In this document: positions 1 to 13,466 of the stretch, in pieces | How positions within the stretch are numbered: position 1 is the first letter of the stretch | How the letters are laid out: every line of letters starts with the position of its first letter | From: Vermamoeba vermiformis | Taxonomy: Eukaryota | Length of the DNA stretch: 64,000 nucleotides | Direction of reading: 5' to 3' | Assembly: GCA_045837725.1 (NCBI GenBank) | Contig: JBEWZL010000270.1 | Location: forward strand, 62,001-126,000 | Made by a program: the position numbers and the translations under genes | Notes under the pieces: model-generated | Database searches by the model: none | The model's input: only the letters and a program-made list of their open reading frames with translations | Told to the model about the DNA's origin: nothing

Positions 1-857
1 CAAATTCGAATAGTGTAAATCTATGCTTACTCAGGGAATAACGGCATATCAGCTGTGCTTGCGTTCACAACAAATGAGTCATTTCGTCCGTGCTTTGGAG
101 TTAGATTTGACTGAGCGATCTCAAGATTCGTTGGGGACTAAATAAAACGCCATTAATATAAGCCCTTATATTTGAATAGGTCATTATAATAATATGAAGA
201 TCTTGATTAAACTCCAAGGTCTGAAATGCGAAGTTTGTGTGATCAGTAAACATTAGAAATATCGCTTTGGACTCGCTTTAAAATTTAAATATGTTATATT
301 AATATTAGCTTTTTGTCATGCCTCAATATTACATAAAATCTACGATATTAAAGAATTAAAATTGAAGCAAATTTCGAAACGTTAATTAACTAAAAATATT
401 AATCCGCTGTAATACTTACTAAAGCTAAGAAAGAGTCCATACGCTTTGCAGTTAGATGTAACGATGATGGTGAAGTCGTAGAAGGTGCTAAAATTGAATT
501 TGTATTTGAGATTGGTTGATCAGCGTGACCATTCATGTGGCCGTTAATGGGCTCCTTCGTCATCTCCACTTCATCGCTATTTAATGATCCTTCGAGCTCT
601 TCCAAACTCTCATCATCACTGCTGCTTCCTTCCTCAGATTCAGATTCGGGTTCTTCGTCCTTGATCTCGAAGAAGCTTGCAGTGTTAGCGGGCTGCTTCT
701 CATTAGTGCCTAAGAACGAGTCTACTGAATGCAATATATGCGTAGAAACTCTTTTAAGCAAGCTGGGAGCTTTTGAGGGTTTTTCAGGGCTTTCATCTCC
801 AGCTGGAGCTTGATAAGCCGAGTAGGGATTTCCGCCGCCCGCTTGCCAATTGCTCAT
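1..857 (-). CDS. 5' part of an uncharacterised protein with an acidic/Ser-rich N-terminus; runs off the window edge
   Basis: ATG at 857 (MSNWQAGGG...), open frame to a GTAAGT donor near 420, further exon about 137-33 ending at a GTAAGC donor. Confidence 0.6.
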
Positions 858-1161
858 TCTCTTCGACACTTATTAATCTCTTGTCGATGAGACGTGGTCG
901 TGCGTTGGTTTGGGACGTAAAATTAAATTTAGAAAATTATCCAACGGAATTATTTCCGATAATTCACATTAGTGCTGAGCAATTACGCTCCATATAAACT
1001 TCATACCGATTTAGAAGACTTTATTTCTTCTGTTGTTTATAAGATGCCCCTATCTAACGTGCAATAGTTTTATTTACATTCGAAAAATAAATAGTGGAGG
1101 CGTGGATGGAAGGTATTTACAAATAAATAGTCCTATCTGCTATGTGTACTATAATATATTA

Positions 1162-3864
1162 TTAGGACTTATCAATAAAAGTCCAAATTTCAATCACAGA
1201 GATCGAGAAGTGTTCTTTGGATGCAAGAGGTCGATTCAAGAACGTGTCTGTGAGCTCTGATGTGCCTTTATGGAGTTCCTTGTCGACGTATAATCCATAT
1301 TTACTAAGCAAATGAATAACCGTTAGAAAACACAGCCAAAACTACGGATGTGGATCGCGATCACGTACCCAGCTTTTCCGCCACCAAATGCGAAGAACTC
1401 GTCATTAGAAATATGGAAAAAATCGTTTTGCTTCGTCCAATAATAAACATGCGCCGTTGGCTCGAGACTGAACAAGAAGTTTTCGCCTAATCCGTAGAAC
1501 GAATCTGACTTCTTCCATTCTTCAGTAATGTAAGCTCCGAAAACCTATTATATGGTATTAATGCATATAATGTGCGATCACAATAACATATGGACGATCT
1601 GTGTCGTGGATGTGGATCCTGTACTACTTACGTAACCACCAGTGTCTCTAATTAACAATACAGTTGGACTTTTTCCTTCGACTTTTCTATAAAAAGTCGC
1701 AAGACTTGCGCCATGAACTGCATCGCTGTACACTAACGACCAATCTTTGATCTTCAACCTGAACGGCAAATAGCGCCAGATCTGCGCGATGAATGCAATT
1801 AGTACCATATTTTAATATATTATTACACTACACTTACTTGGCTGAGATTATTAGGGCTCAATATCTTGGAGTCTCCGTGGAGCTTTGGCTTCAACTCTTC
1901 GTACGGCAATCGACCTGCCTCACTCTCGCTATGATTAATGTGTTAGTAATTATTGTACAACGTTAATAGCACCACACTATTACTATCAATGGTTTGCTCT
2001 AATACTCATTCGAACATCGCTCGATTTCGTTACAAAAATAAAATTGATAAAAAAGGCAAGCACGTTGTACTGCGTGACAAGCACTTGAATATTGAACCAG
2101 CAATAACAAATACATCATTATTGACTATTGAGGTGGTAAAGATTTAGGGGCGGTTATGATTTAGCTTACCTGTTCGAGTCACGCAATATGTTAAATCCAG
2201 TACGCGACAATGAACTCGGCGATTGCATGTCTCCAGGACTAGCCATTGTGTCCACCATTAACGATGATTTCATCCGTTCTTGCACGTACTTCTCGTTCAA
2301 TTCGCGTAAGCGGAGTAAGATCTTTTTAAACCTGATCCCAAAATCAAACGTTAGATCTCCACTTAGTCATCGAGATTAATGACATCTGTATGATAATATA
2401 GTCTATTGATCTACCAAAATGTAGCAATACGTACTTTTTGGTCTTTTTCTTAAACACAAAGTGGAGCACTTTGCCGTGGTGTTCATGATGCGGCTTGTTG
2501 CTAGTAAAATGAATTTGAAGGATGATTTCTTTGCCTATATCAATATATTAGTATTATTATATAAGTTAGGGCTTAATGTTAGCATTAAGGTGCGTAAGAA
2601 CATTGAAACAGAAATTGTCGTTTGGATCTCAACTTTAAAGAGGCGGAGCGGAAAATAAGCGCCAAAAGGGCTATATATATTTAATATTTAAACGTACCGA
2701 GCTTCTTTTCCTTCTTCTCTTTCTCTTTCTTTTCCTTTTTGTCTCCGATGCTCTTTCTGGATCTGTTGCTGTCGAGTGACTCTCTGCGGCTAGAAATGCT
2801 TCCTGACCGTTCTCTTTCTTCACTTTTACGTTCCATCTCCTTGCTGCAATCAAAATAAATTATTTATCAAATTAACTAAATAAAAAATAAATGGCGAGAG
2901 AGATCAAACAGCAAATGGATGGAATAAGTTCCCGAACTACTTAAATTTCTCGAATTATAACATTGGACTAATAATCAATGAGATATTAAACAATCTACGG
3001 AAGAAATTTGAATTGATTTGTGATCCGTCGTATCATTTGCAATTAAGGGTCATCTGTTTCACGAAATATAATATATTTACGCACCTTGATCGCCTGGAAG
3101 ATGATCGAGAAGAGTTCTTCGATTTCGGGCTGGATTTGCGATCTTCATCAATGCTGCTTCGCGTAGAACTCGTTTCGCGCTTGTTTGCATTCCTTATTTC
3201 AACATCATCCGATCTATATGTAATATGACCATCCTCGCCTTCATTATCAGCGGTCACTTCTTGGATCAAGCTCAGTTTTTTCAGCCGCTTTTCTTCTTTT
3301 AGCCGTTCCTTTTCGCGCTTAGCCTTTTCTTTATCTTCCTTTGCCGAGTCAATAACGCTATATCCAGATATCTTGCGTAAACTGAAGCAAATTCGGAAGT
3401 GTTGTGGCGATCCGAGTTTTAGCACATTTTCATCGCGTCGATCGGGTTCAAATAAAAGTTGCTTGAGTTTTAACTCCAAAGTTCCTTTTACCTATATAAA
3501 TAATAACAAGCTTAATTCGTCTGAAGGTAATTATTGAAGGATAGTTTTCAGTTTTTCCAACCAGTTTTCAGATCAATTTCATTAACAGGCCAGATCAAGA
3601 TTTTGCGAGTGAAATTATTTAAATTCGAACAAGAAATATTAAATTTTTAGCCAAGGTCGGGTTTTGAACGCGCCAATAATTTGATCAGATCACAAATTAA
3701 AAAATTAAATTTTCGTAATAAGCATAATTAAGTTAAACCTTTATCTAAATACTTACCACTGTGGTTAAATTATATGCATAATATGCACGTTCGGAAATTG
3801 TCGCGCCCTTGTCCAAATCTAAAACGTCGAGCTGACGTGACCGATCCGACTCTGCGCCTGACAT
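1162..3864 (-). CDS. TLDc-domain protein (OXR1/NCOA7-like), multi-exon
   Basis: Spliced peptides WRYLPFRLKIKDWSLVYSDAVHGASLATFYRKVEGKSPTVLLIRDTGGY, FGAYITEEWKK..FYGLGENFLF, FAFGGG, YGLYVDKEL..G.S..TDTFLNRPL..EIWTF; first exon MSGAESD.. at 3864. Confidence 0.85.
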
Positions 3865-4275
3865 TCGCTATTGAGAACACGAGAATGATTAGGCTAAACT
3901 ACGTTATGTTGTTTCTAAGCGACAGAACAAGAATAAATGTCGCCACGCGCTCAGTAATGAAATCACGCTCTGAAACTTTCTATAAAAGGAAATACGCTCC
4001 ACAACTTGTTTTTCATTTTTGCGCAATGCAAGTGACAGTAGGACCTACATGAACCAAATCACATGTTGGAATTCTAGTTCGTTAGAAAGTTGCAGGCGAG
4101 ACGAGGTTAGAAATTCCCTAATCATACACTGATCAGCCACAATTCGAGCAAAAAGATTCAAGATGTCTCTAACTATTATTTATTTTATAAATTACACTTG
4201 GAAGGCTATGTACTACAGATCCAAACGAACGAGTACTAGTAGCATCGGTTAGTCATCGCGATCTGATCGTACCGT

Positions 4276-6420
4276 TTAGAACAATGCTGAAGCTGCGACA
4301 ATGAGCAAGGCAGCCAAAGTTACGTGAATAGTGAGGATGGCTTCGCTAGTGGCAGCACCTGGTGTAGTGACTGGACCTACGCTGATCGGACGGGTACCGG
4401 ATGGAGCAGAGCCTGAGGGCGCTGTCGGAGGAGGAACGGCTATAATAACGTGTTAATATAAATGCCGCTCAGAACCATAATAGTATTTCAGAATAGTGGG
4501 ATCAACTTGACTGATGTAATGGAGATTGAATGTATCAGACAAGTCAATACGTACCGCATCCGTTGTTATTGTCAGGCGTCAATCCAGCAGGACAAGTGCA
4601 ATCAGCATTGCAGCTAGCTCCACCATCGCACTCTTCAGCACCTTCCGCGAAGTTATCACCGCAGTACGTGCCGTAGATCTGAGGACATAAAATTTTAGTT
4701 CCAAATAAGGCGACAACAGTTTCATTTGGTAATGGAAATTTACTCGTAGCATAGCGAACCACGCAACTTACCTTGGTAACGATAGAGAAGGCTCCAGTAA
4801 CTGCCGAAACCTCGGTCCAAACAGCAGCGCTACCAGTGCTCCAAGTAGTAGTGGCAGTGCGCAGGTCTTTGTAAGCATCGAAATTAGTCTCATTGGCCGT
4901 AACAGCATGCAACAAGTCGAATTGATTGGTGTCCAATTCAAACACCGTATCGTTCTTCAATTGAATGGGATAAAGGACGTAGCTTGGATCCGTGGCAGTA
5001 GTCAATATAAGTACTCCTCCTAGCACATCAAAATATGAATATAAATGCTAAAAACCAAGGAATTTGGTACTTACCTTGTTGATAAAGAGAAACTGAAGAA
5101 GTCAATGCAAGATCCGTGTAACTGACAAAAGTTTGAGCAATTGACGAATTCTCGCGGTTGAATCTGGTACCGAGAATGCCAGTCACCACTGATAATCATT
5201 CGAATTAATCGTTGCTATTACAATATGATAATTCTTGCTTACATGAGGCGTTGCTAGTAATTCCAGCCACTGTAATAACCACAAACGAATTTTCATTCAA
5301 TGGATCAGCCAGAACTTGGTGAGCCACAGTTGATGCTCCCTCAAAAGGATTAAATGCTATTGAAGTAGTTAGTATACTAACTCCTTTTAGACTATCTGAG
5401 CACGTACTTGTGGCGTTATTTAAATCGTTAATATTAGCGACGAAGACTTGAAGATCCGCTGTACTAGTTTGTGCGTTGACCACCGCCACTGAAACAGCTA
5501 CACTGTTGCCATTGACAGCGATAGTAGGATTAACATTTAGAGCAGTAGTTTCTGAAAAAATAAAGAAATTGTTAAAACTTGGTTCTAAAAGTTTCATAGT
5601 AATAAATCAGTATTATACTTACGAAAAACTGCAAAATCTACGCTACCGCCCGTTGCGTTAATACGCTGGACGAGGAGGTAGTTCGTGGAAGCTTCAAGAG
5701 TACCAACGAGGAAAATATCGCCGCTGCTCTCGTGAAATACTGCGTTAGTGAAAATACAAAGGCTTGTTATGTCAACAGGTACAGGGGCGGACAGCGGTTG
5801 GCCTGAAAAAAAGTTGGTCAGATTTGAGATCAATAGGCAAGCCAAAATTACCTGACGAGTCAAAACTGCGAATATTGAATGCATTTGCTGCATAAGTGGC
5901 GTAAATGACGGTAAAGCTGCCGTTAGAGTGCGGCATAATATGCGCGGGAGTTCGTAAGGACAAAACGGTGTTCGGTTCGGAGACTGGGAATGTCGTTTTA
6001 ACCTCTCCATTAGTACTAAGAATTGCACCTTGTGCCGTTGCTACGTGTTGAAATTAGATTCGCTGGTAAACTGTGGTGATCCGTAAAGTTTTACGAGATT
6101 AGAAATCCGGTGCAGTAATTTACCTGTTGTTATGGAAGCCCCCACCTCGATCCATACGACAACAATACTATCCGTGCCGGGCAAATGTTGAATAGACACT
6201 CCAGAGGTAACGGTAATGGCATCTTGCAAGGTGGCGATCCTTGTCGGTCCTTTTACGGGTGTAGGTAACGCCAATTGACCTTTGACAACAGCTAACAATA
6301 TAAAATGTAAATACCACGATTGATTATATGAAATCGTTATTATTGTCTATTTAATTCCGCATCTGCCAGTAACTTACCGATCACAGCCAAGATTACAATA
6401 ACACTTCGCAATGCCAACAT
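4276..6420 (-). CDS. Secreted, probably GPI-anchored surface protein with a C-terminal Cys-rich repeat (CGD..EECDGG, Myxococcus Cys-rich-repeat-like)
   Basis: Signal peptide MLALRSVIVILAVI, several introns, CGDNFAEGAEECDGGASCNADCTC, Pro/Ser/Thr linker, hydrophobic tail ..TLAALLIVAASALF*. Confidence 0.75.
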
Positions 6421-7029
6421 CGATTTGGTCTCCAAGTGTGGTTTTGATAATGATAACAATAAATAAGACATAATCGCGTTGTTGGAAAAAAAATCTTCGT
6501 GACGGCTGTCAAAATGAGACACGCACGAGTTACTCGGACCAAATTTAGCCGTAAAATAAATAATATCCAGATACGCTATAGACTACTATTTGATGGTAAA
6601 GTTTACGATGCCTACCACTAAATATTGATTTATAGTGATGCCATTTCGGTTCAGCGGCGAGTAGAATTGAATGTGATTCGTTTTTAAATGCGATTTTCTA
6701 TTAGCATCGTATCTAATCCATCAATTACATCGAATAGAATGATATAATAGTATGAGTAATTTTGGCTATAAACAGTAACCGCTGCTTGCCGCCGATGCAC
6801 AGTATTGGCAAGACTTAAAAAGTTAAAATGAATAAACGGTGCCGATAATTTAATACGATTGATTAGCGAAAATAGTCGTTGAAGATAGATATATATTGCT
6901 AAAAGATTGAAAACGGTGCCTAAAATCGAATATTTCGCAATATTTTAATCGGAATACTAATAAAACAAATTTGAAAAGGGAAATTATGATTTCCTTACTG
7001 TCACAATTACTTGCCACAACCGGTACCGC

Positions 7030-10000
7030 TTAGTTGAATATTTTTGAAGCGTTTAAAACCCATTGAGCAACGAGTTGCACTTCCATCTGATTTCTTTCGA
7101 ACAGATCATCTCCTGACATTAGAATCTCTTGATCATTCGTGTAAAAGATGTTAGGAGTAAGTACCTATTATTAAAATTAGTTAACTTCGTGCCATTACTT
7201 TAAAATATTGAGTTCACATTCCGGATTCCGTCTACCGAAATAGAATCCCTTTTCGCCCTCTAATATTCGCTAACTTACGGTCGATAATGGTACGGCACGC
7301 ATTCGGTTACGTTCTGCATTCTCTACAATCCTAAAATAAAAATTAGTCCTTTGTAACGGCTTTGGATCTCGGTCCAAATCAGTTTGGTCGGGTACCGCTA
7401 GTTTGCCCGTAATATTATTAACTATCACTTACTTTGATAATAGGTGGAATAATCGCGCGCAGGTTGCGTAGTTAACTTTCGGTAGCGATTTGAAGATCTC
7501 TCGGGATTGATTAATGAAATCATCAAGCTCCTTCAGTTCTATTATAGCAGTATTAATAAGCCATTATGATATCAAATGTTTAGTCAAGTTTTCGCTGGAT
7601 CAGCCAAGAAATGTAAATTTCGGCTGTGACTTACGATGAAGAGCATAGAGCTTATTGTACGCTTTGAATGTTAATAAAGGCTCTGGTAGCTCGCGTAGAA
7701 ATGACTTGAGAATAGCTACAACCGTATGCGGATCCAAAATACCAGCGAAGTTAACGTGACCTATCGTAATGTTAAATATCTATTCCGCTATGCTGTTGTG
7801 TGAGGTAATAGTTTCATATTTTTAATAATTCGCATGATTTATTGCGAATTTGAAACAGCCAGACCCAGATCGGTTTTTCGACCCGCATCTCGACAGCATC
7901 AGTAAACAAAAAATTAAATAGTACGCGACACGTCAAAACAAATGATCGTGCGCGATGAAATAAATATGCGTTGTTTTGTACAAATAAATTAAAATAAATG
8001 AAAAAAACTATCTACGAGTAAAATGGATGCAGTGGTTGGAGGTGCGGCCAAATGAATGGAAGCAGGCGAGTGAGGGTGAGGAGGGAGATAATAGGTCGGA
8101 GAGAGGGTGGTACTCGTCACGTAGCAGCCTTTACGACGAAGGATTGCTTGAGCTATCGTCTTTCGTCTCTTTGGGTTTCTCGTCAACGTGCTCGGGAGCA
8201 GAGATTGACACATTGACAGATGTCTCGATGACAGGTGTCACTGGAGCAACTTCAGTCTCTTTCTTGACTTCAGCTTGCTCGGGGATGTCATTGAGCATTG
8301 CCTCGAGGTTTTGCAGCTCAGTGCCGAGCTTCTCGCGACTAGCAGGTGTGTCAGGCTCACGGGGGCTAGTCTCTGCAGGGATGGTTGCGGAGGCACGAGG
8401 ACTGATAGACAAGTCCAACGTGTTCAGTTGATTCTCTAACTCGTCAAGTTTTGAACCAACAGACGACAACACACTTCGTGTTTGTTCCTCGATGTGCGTC
8501 TGGTTCTCGGCACGTGCTTTCTCGGTGGACTCGAGCTTGAGTTTCACCTCAGAGCCTGAGTTGCTCGTGGGAGCTTGGGACTTCTCTGAGGTAGACTCAG
8601 TGAGCTGAGGACGAGGGCTGTTGATTGAGGACTCGAGGTCGTTTGCTGGTTCAACGACCACAGCCTTCTTCTTGCGATTGAGAACCAAATCTCCTGAAGC
8701 TTCATCACGCGGTGAGGTCTTCTCGACTTCTTCTTTCTTGCGTGGAGTTTTGGGCTTCAGTTTTTGCAACCACTTGGGAGATTTCTTGCCCTTCTTCTCT
8801 TTCTCGTCGGATGAGCTCGAAGATTCTTCTTCAGCTCCAGCTTCGGCCTTCTTGTCCTTTTTCTTGGGCTCTTTTTCAGGTTTCTCTTTCTCTTTCTCTT
8901 TCTCTTTTTCAGCAGGCTTTTTCTTGCTTTCTTTCTCAGCCTTCTTGCGCTCTTTTTCTTCGCGCTCTTTCTCCTCTTTCTCTTTCTTCTTGGCCTCTTT
9001 TTCAGCCTTTTTCTTAGCGCTTTCCTCTTTCTCTTTGCGCGCTTTTTCCTCCTTCTCGCGCTTCTTTTTCTCTTTTTCTTTGTCGTCCTCGCCGCTCAAG
9101 GCCAGTGGAGAGACTGTGCCCTGCTTTTCGGCCTTGACCTCCACCTTTGGGCTCGCAACCTCAACCTTGGCCTCGCCTTCTTTAGGTGCTTCGGGTTCCT
9201 TAACGGTGACTTCAGCAACTTCCTTGACTTCGTGAGCAGGCTCGACCTTGGCTTCAACATTAACTTCAGGTTCCTTCTCCGCAGCCTTGACCTCTGCTGT
9301 GGGAACTTCAACAACAGGCTCGTGTGCCTTTTCAGACTTCGATGATGAAGACGAGGAGCTTGAGCGAGATCGATTCTTAGTTTCGACCTCGACTTCAGCC
9401 TCGGGCTTCTTTTCTTCAACGGACTTGGTTTCAGTCTCGACTTTGACTTCCACCTCGACCTTCTTTTCCTCGCCTGACTTGTGCTCAACTTCAGCTGCAG
9501 GGACTGTCGCAACAGCGGCAGCAGCCTCGGGAGTTGAACCGGCCCTACTTTCGAATTAGTCATCTGGTTGTGAAGAAATGGTAAAGTAACTTACGGCAAG
9601 TTGACAGACATGTGCGCGTCAACAGGCTTGTACTCGTACTTGACGACTGACTCCGAGGAGCTAGACTCTTCTTTCTTGTCCTTGTCTTTCGTGGACTTCT
9701 TGAGCTCTTTCTTGTGGTCTTCGCCCGACTTGCTCTCAGGAGGCGTGGACTCGTCTTTCTTTTTCTTGTCCTTCTTCTCGTGCTTCTTGGCTTCTTTTTC
9801 AGCGGCCTCAGCCTCCTTCTTTTTCTTCTTCTCGAGCTCTTTGCGCTCCTTTTCAAGACGCTTTTCTTCGTCTTTCTTCTCTTTCTCGAGCTTCTTCTGC
9901 TCGTGGTCAACTTTCTTCTCTTTGTCTTTCTTCTCGTGCTTCTTGTCGTCTTTTTCAGCCGTACTGCTAGCTTCAGTTTTGTCTTCTTTCTTTTCAACTT

Positions 10001-12245
10001 TGTCTTTCTTTTCAGCACGGAACGACAACTTTTTGATGAAGCTCTTGAAGCGTGGCGAAGTAGCCGCGTGCTTCTTTTTCGCGCCTTCTTCATGCGGCTC
10101 TTCAACGGACTTTTCGGCCTTCTTGCTCGGAGTATCGGGCAAGGGCTGGGTGTTGATAGGGTGATTCGAATCCGCTATGCCGACCGAAATCGTGTGCGCG
10201 CGTTCAAGACGACGTGCTTGGCGCAAATCCTCTTGGCTAGTCTTTTTAACCATCAGACTGCCAGCGCTACGTTGACGAACTGGATCCTTCTTGCCATCTT
10301 TCTCCTTCTCCTCCTTTTTACTCTTCTTCTCCTCCTCACTCGAACTGCTCGATTCATCGGGCTTTTTCTCCGCTACGACCTCTGGCGAGGAAGTAGTTTC
10401 GTCGGCTGTAATATGACGAAGTGTTGCATCAATACCTCGGTAGATACAAGGTGCAATCGTTAAAACAATTAAAACGAAGTAAAAATAAATTTCTAGGAAC
10501 TCATCGAAGAATGAAACGAGCACTTACCGGTCTCCGCGATCTCTCCTTTGAGCTTATCGACCTCTTTCTTGCTCGCTGAAATTCTGAAAATGCCTTCTTC
10601 TTCCAATCCTACACATAATACGCCGTTAGCAAAATTAAAAATAAAATCATTTGTTTCATGGCCAGATGCGCCAAGAAAGATCTTTCTTTCTCAATTAAAT
10701 TAGCGTTACGTGACGTACCTTTGCTTTCAATATACTCGACAGCTTTATCAACAATAGCAGGGACGTCGGATCCATCCTTATTAGCGACTTGTTCAATGTC
10801 CTTGCCGAACGGATCGTTCTCGGGCTTGGCGATGTTGACCTCACTAGCAGGAGTACCTTTGTCGGACTTCTTCTTGTCGCCAATGCCAAAGCTGCTCTTA
10901 ATATTCTTCAGTCTGAGGGTACCAAACTTCTTCTCTGGCGGAGCTGCTGCTGCGGCCGCCTCGATCTGCTTCGCGATCGATGAGCCATGCAATTGCTCTC
11001 GTTGCTAAGAATAAGTGGTATCGTTAGTAAATGCCGTATTATAATATTTTTTAGCCACCGCCTTACCAATTCAATATAGTTCTTGTATTCTTCGATCTCG
11101 GGGATCAAAGTCACCATAAATCTGTTGCTGTTCACAAAGAAGTCTCGATACAGTTCCATATAATGCACCAATGAGCCTAACATCTCAGCTTCACTCAGTG
11201 CAATGGTATCTTGAAGCTTATCGACTGTTTCCATGCCGACTTGAGAGAAGTTCTTTCGCAGCTCTTCGACCTCGAGTTCAACCTGCGCAAATCCAGTTAA
11301 TACACGTGCAAATGGTAGGAGGCTCAAGTGAGTATCACTCATATAAATTTCATTTGGATTGAACCACGTCTAACTTACCTCTTTAATTTTTTCTTCCTTG
11401 GCCTTCTTGCCCAATCCGTTCAACTTCGAAATGCCAGCATCAAGCTCGACTCTAGCCTTCTCGAACTTGCTCTTTTGCATCTATATAATCGAATCAGATC
11501 ATAAATTCTCGTGTGACATATCGGGTAAGGCTCGATCGCGTGATCGGCTCGTGTTCCGTAAATCTGGCTTGAAAAACTTACCTTAGCTTCCTTGACGTCA
11601 ACTTCGATGACATTGTCGAGTGGTTCGTACACTTCCGAGACGATTTGCTTTCCCTATTAAAGTAATTGATTATTTTGTAACGGTCATATTTTTTTGCATG
11701 CGATCGAGAAACTTACCAACTTGGAGCGCAAATCATCGACGTGTCTTTGTACTTCAGCTACTTTATCTAAACTACCAGCTGCCCGAAAAAGAAACGTTAT
11801 TCATTGCAAGAATTAATGATCGGCATTGAGTAAATTTACCAAGCATGTATCGCAGAGGATCCTCGCGAAAACTGACGCCTCCGTCGACCAAAGAATCGCT
11901 GAGTTCGGCACCGGCCTCGAGCAAGGCTAAATAAATAGAGGGAGTGAGTTTCTTGTTATCGATTGAATGATCGGTCGAAATCTTTTTGTGAATTAATTTA
12001 AATATGGTCTCCATTAGATACTTGATTTTTATAAAAACTATGATCCACAACGAATGTAAATACGTACTCGACGTGGTCTTTTCTTGTTTGTGTATCTCCC
12101 TAGTAATTTTCTTGATCTGATTCGTCATAACCTCCAGTTTGGTAGATAATTCAGGCTCTTCAGGATAGGTCGTTACTTGTTCGGCAACGCCGATTTTTTC
12201 CTTCAATTTTTGATTGAAGATTTGAAAAGCTGATTGTTTGGCCAT
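7030..12245 (-). CDS. BAR-domain plus RhoGAP protein (SH3BP1/ARHGAP17-like architecture)
   Basis: Helical BAR-like N-terminus (QKLKEKIGVAEQVTTY..); RhoGAP motifs PFGKDI..VPAIVDKAVEYIESKGLEEEGIFRIS, then after intron 7761-10527 DPHTVVAILKSFLRELPEPLLT, LPKVNYAT, NAERNRM, LTPNIF. Confidence 0.85.
8131..10405 (-). CDS. Two in-frame exons (10405-9595, 9544-8131) encoding about 740 aa of Lys/Glu/Ser-rich low-complexity sequence inside the RhoGAP intron; alternative terminal exons or a nested gene
   Basis: Long stop-free ORFs joined in frame by a canonical 50-bp GTAAGT..TAG intron; CAG acceptor ending at 10406 is phase-compatible with the RhoGAP donor at 10527. Confidence 0.7.
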
Positions 12246-12858
12246 TTTGAAATTATTAAACGTTCAACTTTCTTGATCTTAGTATACTCGTCGTGTTGTC
12301 AATATGACTATCAATAATACATAATATATATACAAGTGCTAGATGACCTGTGGTCGTATTTACAGGAGGATAAATAGAGATAGCCAAAAATCTTTCTGTT
12401 TGCCAATAATCTTTTTTACGCTCGAGCACAAGTCAGGACTATTGATTGCCTATGTTTTGCTACTGTATTTGTTCGTTGAATCATGGCAATTATAAAGGAA
12501 GAGTTGTCAAAAGGTCAATAACGACTCGGAGGTATTATTATTTCGGATTGAAATTTTATTGCTTTTATTCAATAGCCGTTTTAAATTAAACAATAATACA
12601 AGAGTAAATTTTGGCGCGAGGAAATTCAGAGCAAATTGCGTTAATTGAGCTTACCGAAGAATCTGAATCCAACAATTGTGCCTGAAAACCAGGGCTACCG
12701 TTACGATTTTTCAAACGTTATAATATTACTGAGAGAGTTTATCTTACAAAGTTTTTACAATATTTACAATTAACAAGCGACAAAACAAGATGAGGCAGAT
12801 CGCCTCTATTTACAACATCCACAAACACAGCGGCTCTGAGCTGGCATGGGTGGTTCTT

Positions 12859-13275
12859 CTAGTGAAGGTACATGCCTAGAGCTGCCACCGCCAATAAGAA
12901 GAAGCCGCCTAAAAGTGGTACAGTGACCTCAGCGAAGGCTAGCTTGGGAGCGACAGATCGCAACAGTCCTCCAGCCAAGCCAATGTACACGAGCAGATCG
13001 AGCACTTTGGTAAAGGTGTGCCCGAAGACAATGAACTTGGCGTTTGGAACGATGCGGCACACTGCAGCTAAAGCACGTAGGCGCCAGAACAGCTGAGGGT
13101 AATGTAAGGGAAGGCTAATGCTTGACAGATGGGCTCCAATACTCGACAGAACTTTGGCATTGACGCGCAGAACTTCATCAAGGTGCTCACGCTTGCCGAG
13201 CAAATCGATGGTAAGCACATCCGCGGAGATGAGCATAGCGAGCAGCGTAACGGATACAAAAACGTAACGAAGCAT
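12859..13275 (-). CDS. Small intronless multi-pass membrane protein of unknown function
   Basis: ORF of about 138 aa from MLRYVFVSV, with several hydrophobic segments and coding-like GC content. Confidence 0.6.
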   Translation of the reverse strand: MLRYVFVSVTLLAMLISADVLTIDLLGKREHLDEVLRVNAKVLSSIGAHLSSISLPLHYPQLFWRLRALAAVCRIVPNAKFIVFGHTFTKVLDLLVYIGLAGGLLRSVAPKLAFAEVTVPLLGGFFLLAVAALGMYLH

Positions 13276-13466
13276 GGTATTGTCTTGGAAGTAATTTGAA
13301 AAACTACTTAATTGTAAATTTGACAAGTTTAATCAATCCATGGACTTGTTCAGTGTGCTTTGTTTGTTTGTTCGCTTGCTTTGTCTGCGGTTCCTAATTT
13401 TTCGCATCTGACAGACACAACACACGTGTATTTTGGCTACCCTTTTGATACTGTCGTGCTGTTATA

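Noticed and set aside
8027-10463. Long Phe/Ser/Leu-rich plus-strand ORFs and Arg-rich alternative-frame ORFs
   Set aside because: Antisense or frame shadows of the Lys/Glu-rich minus-strand coding sequence
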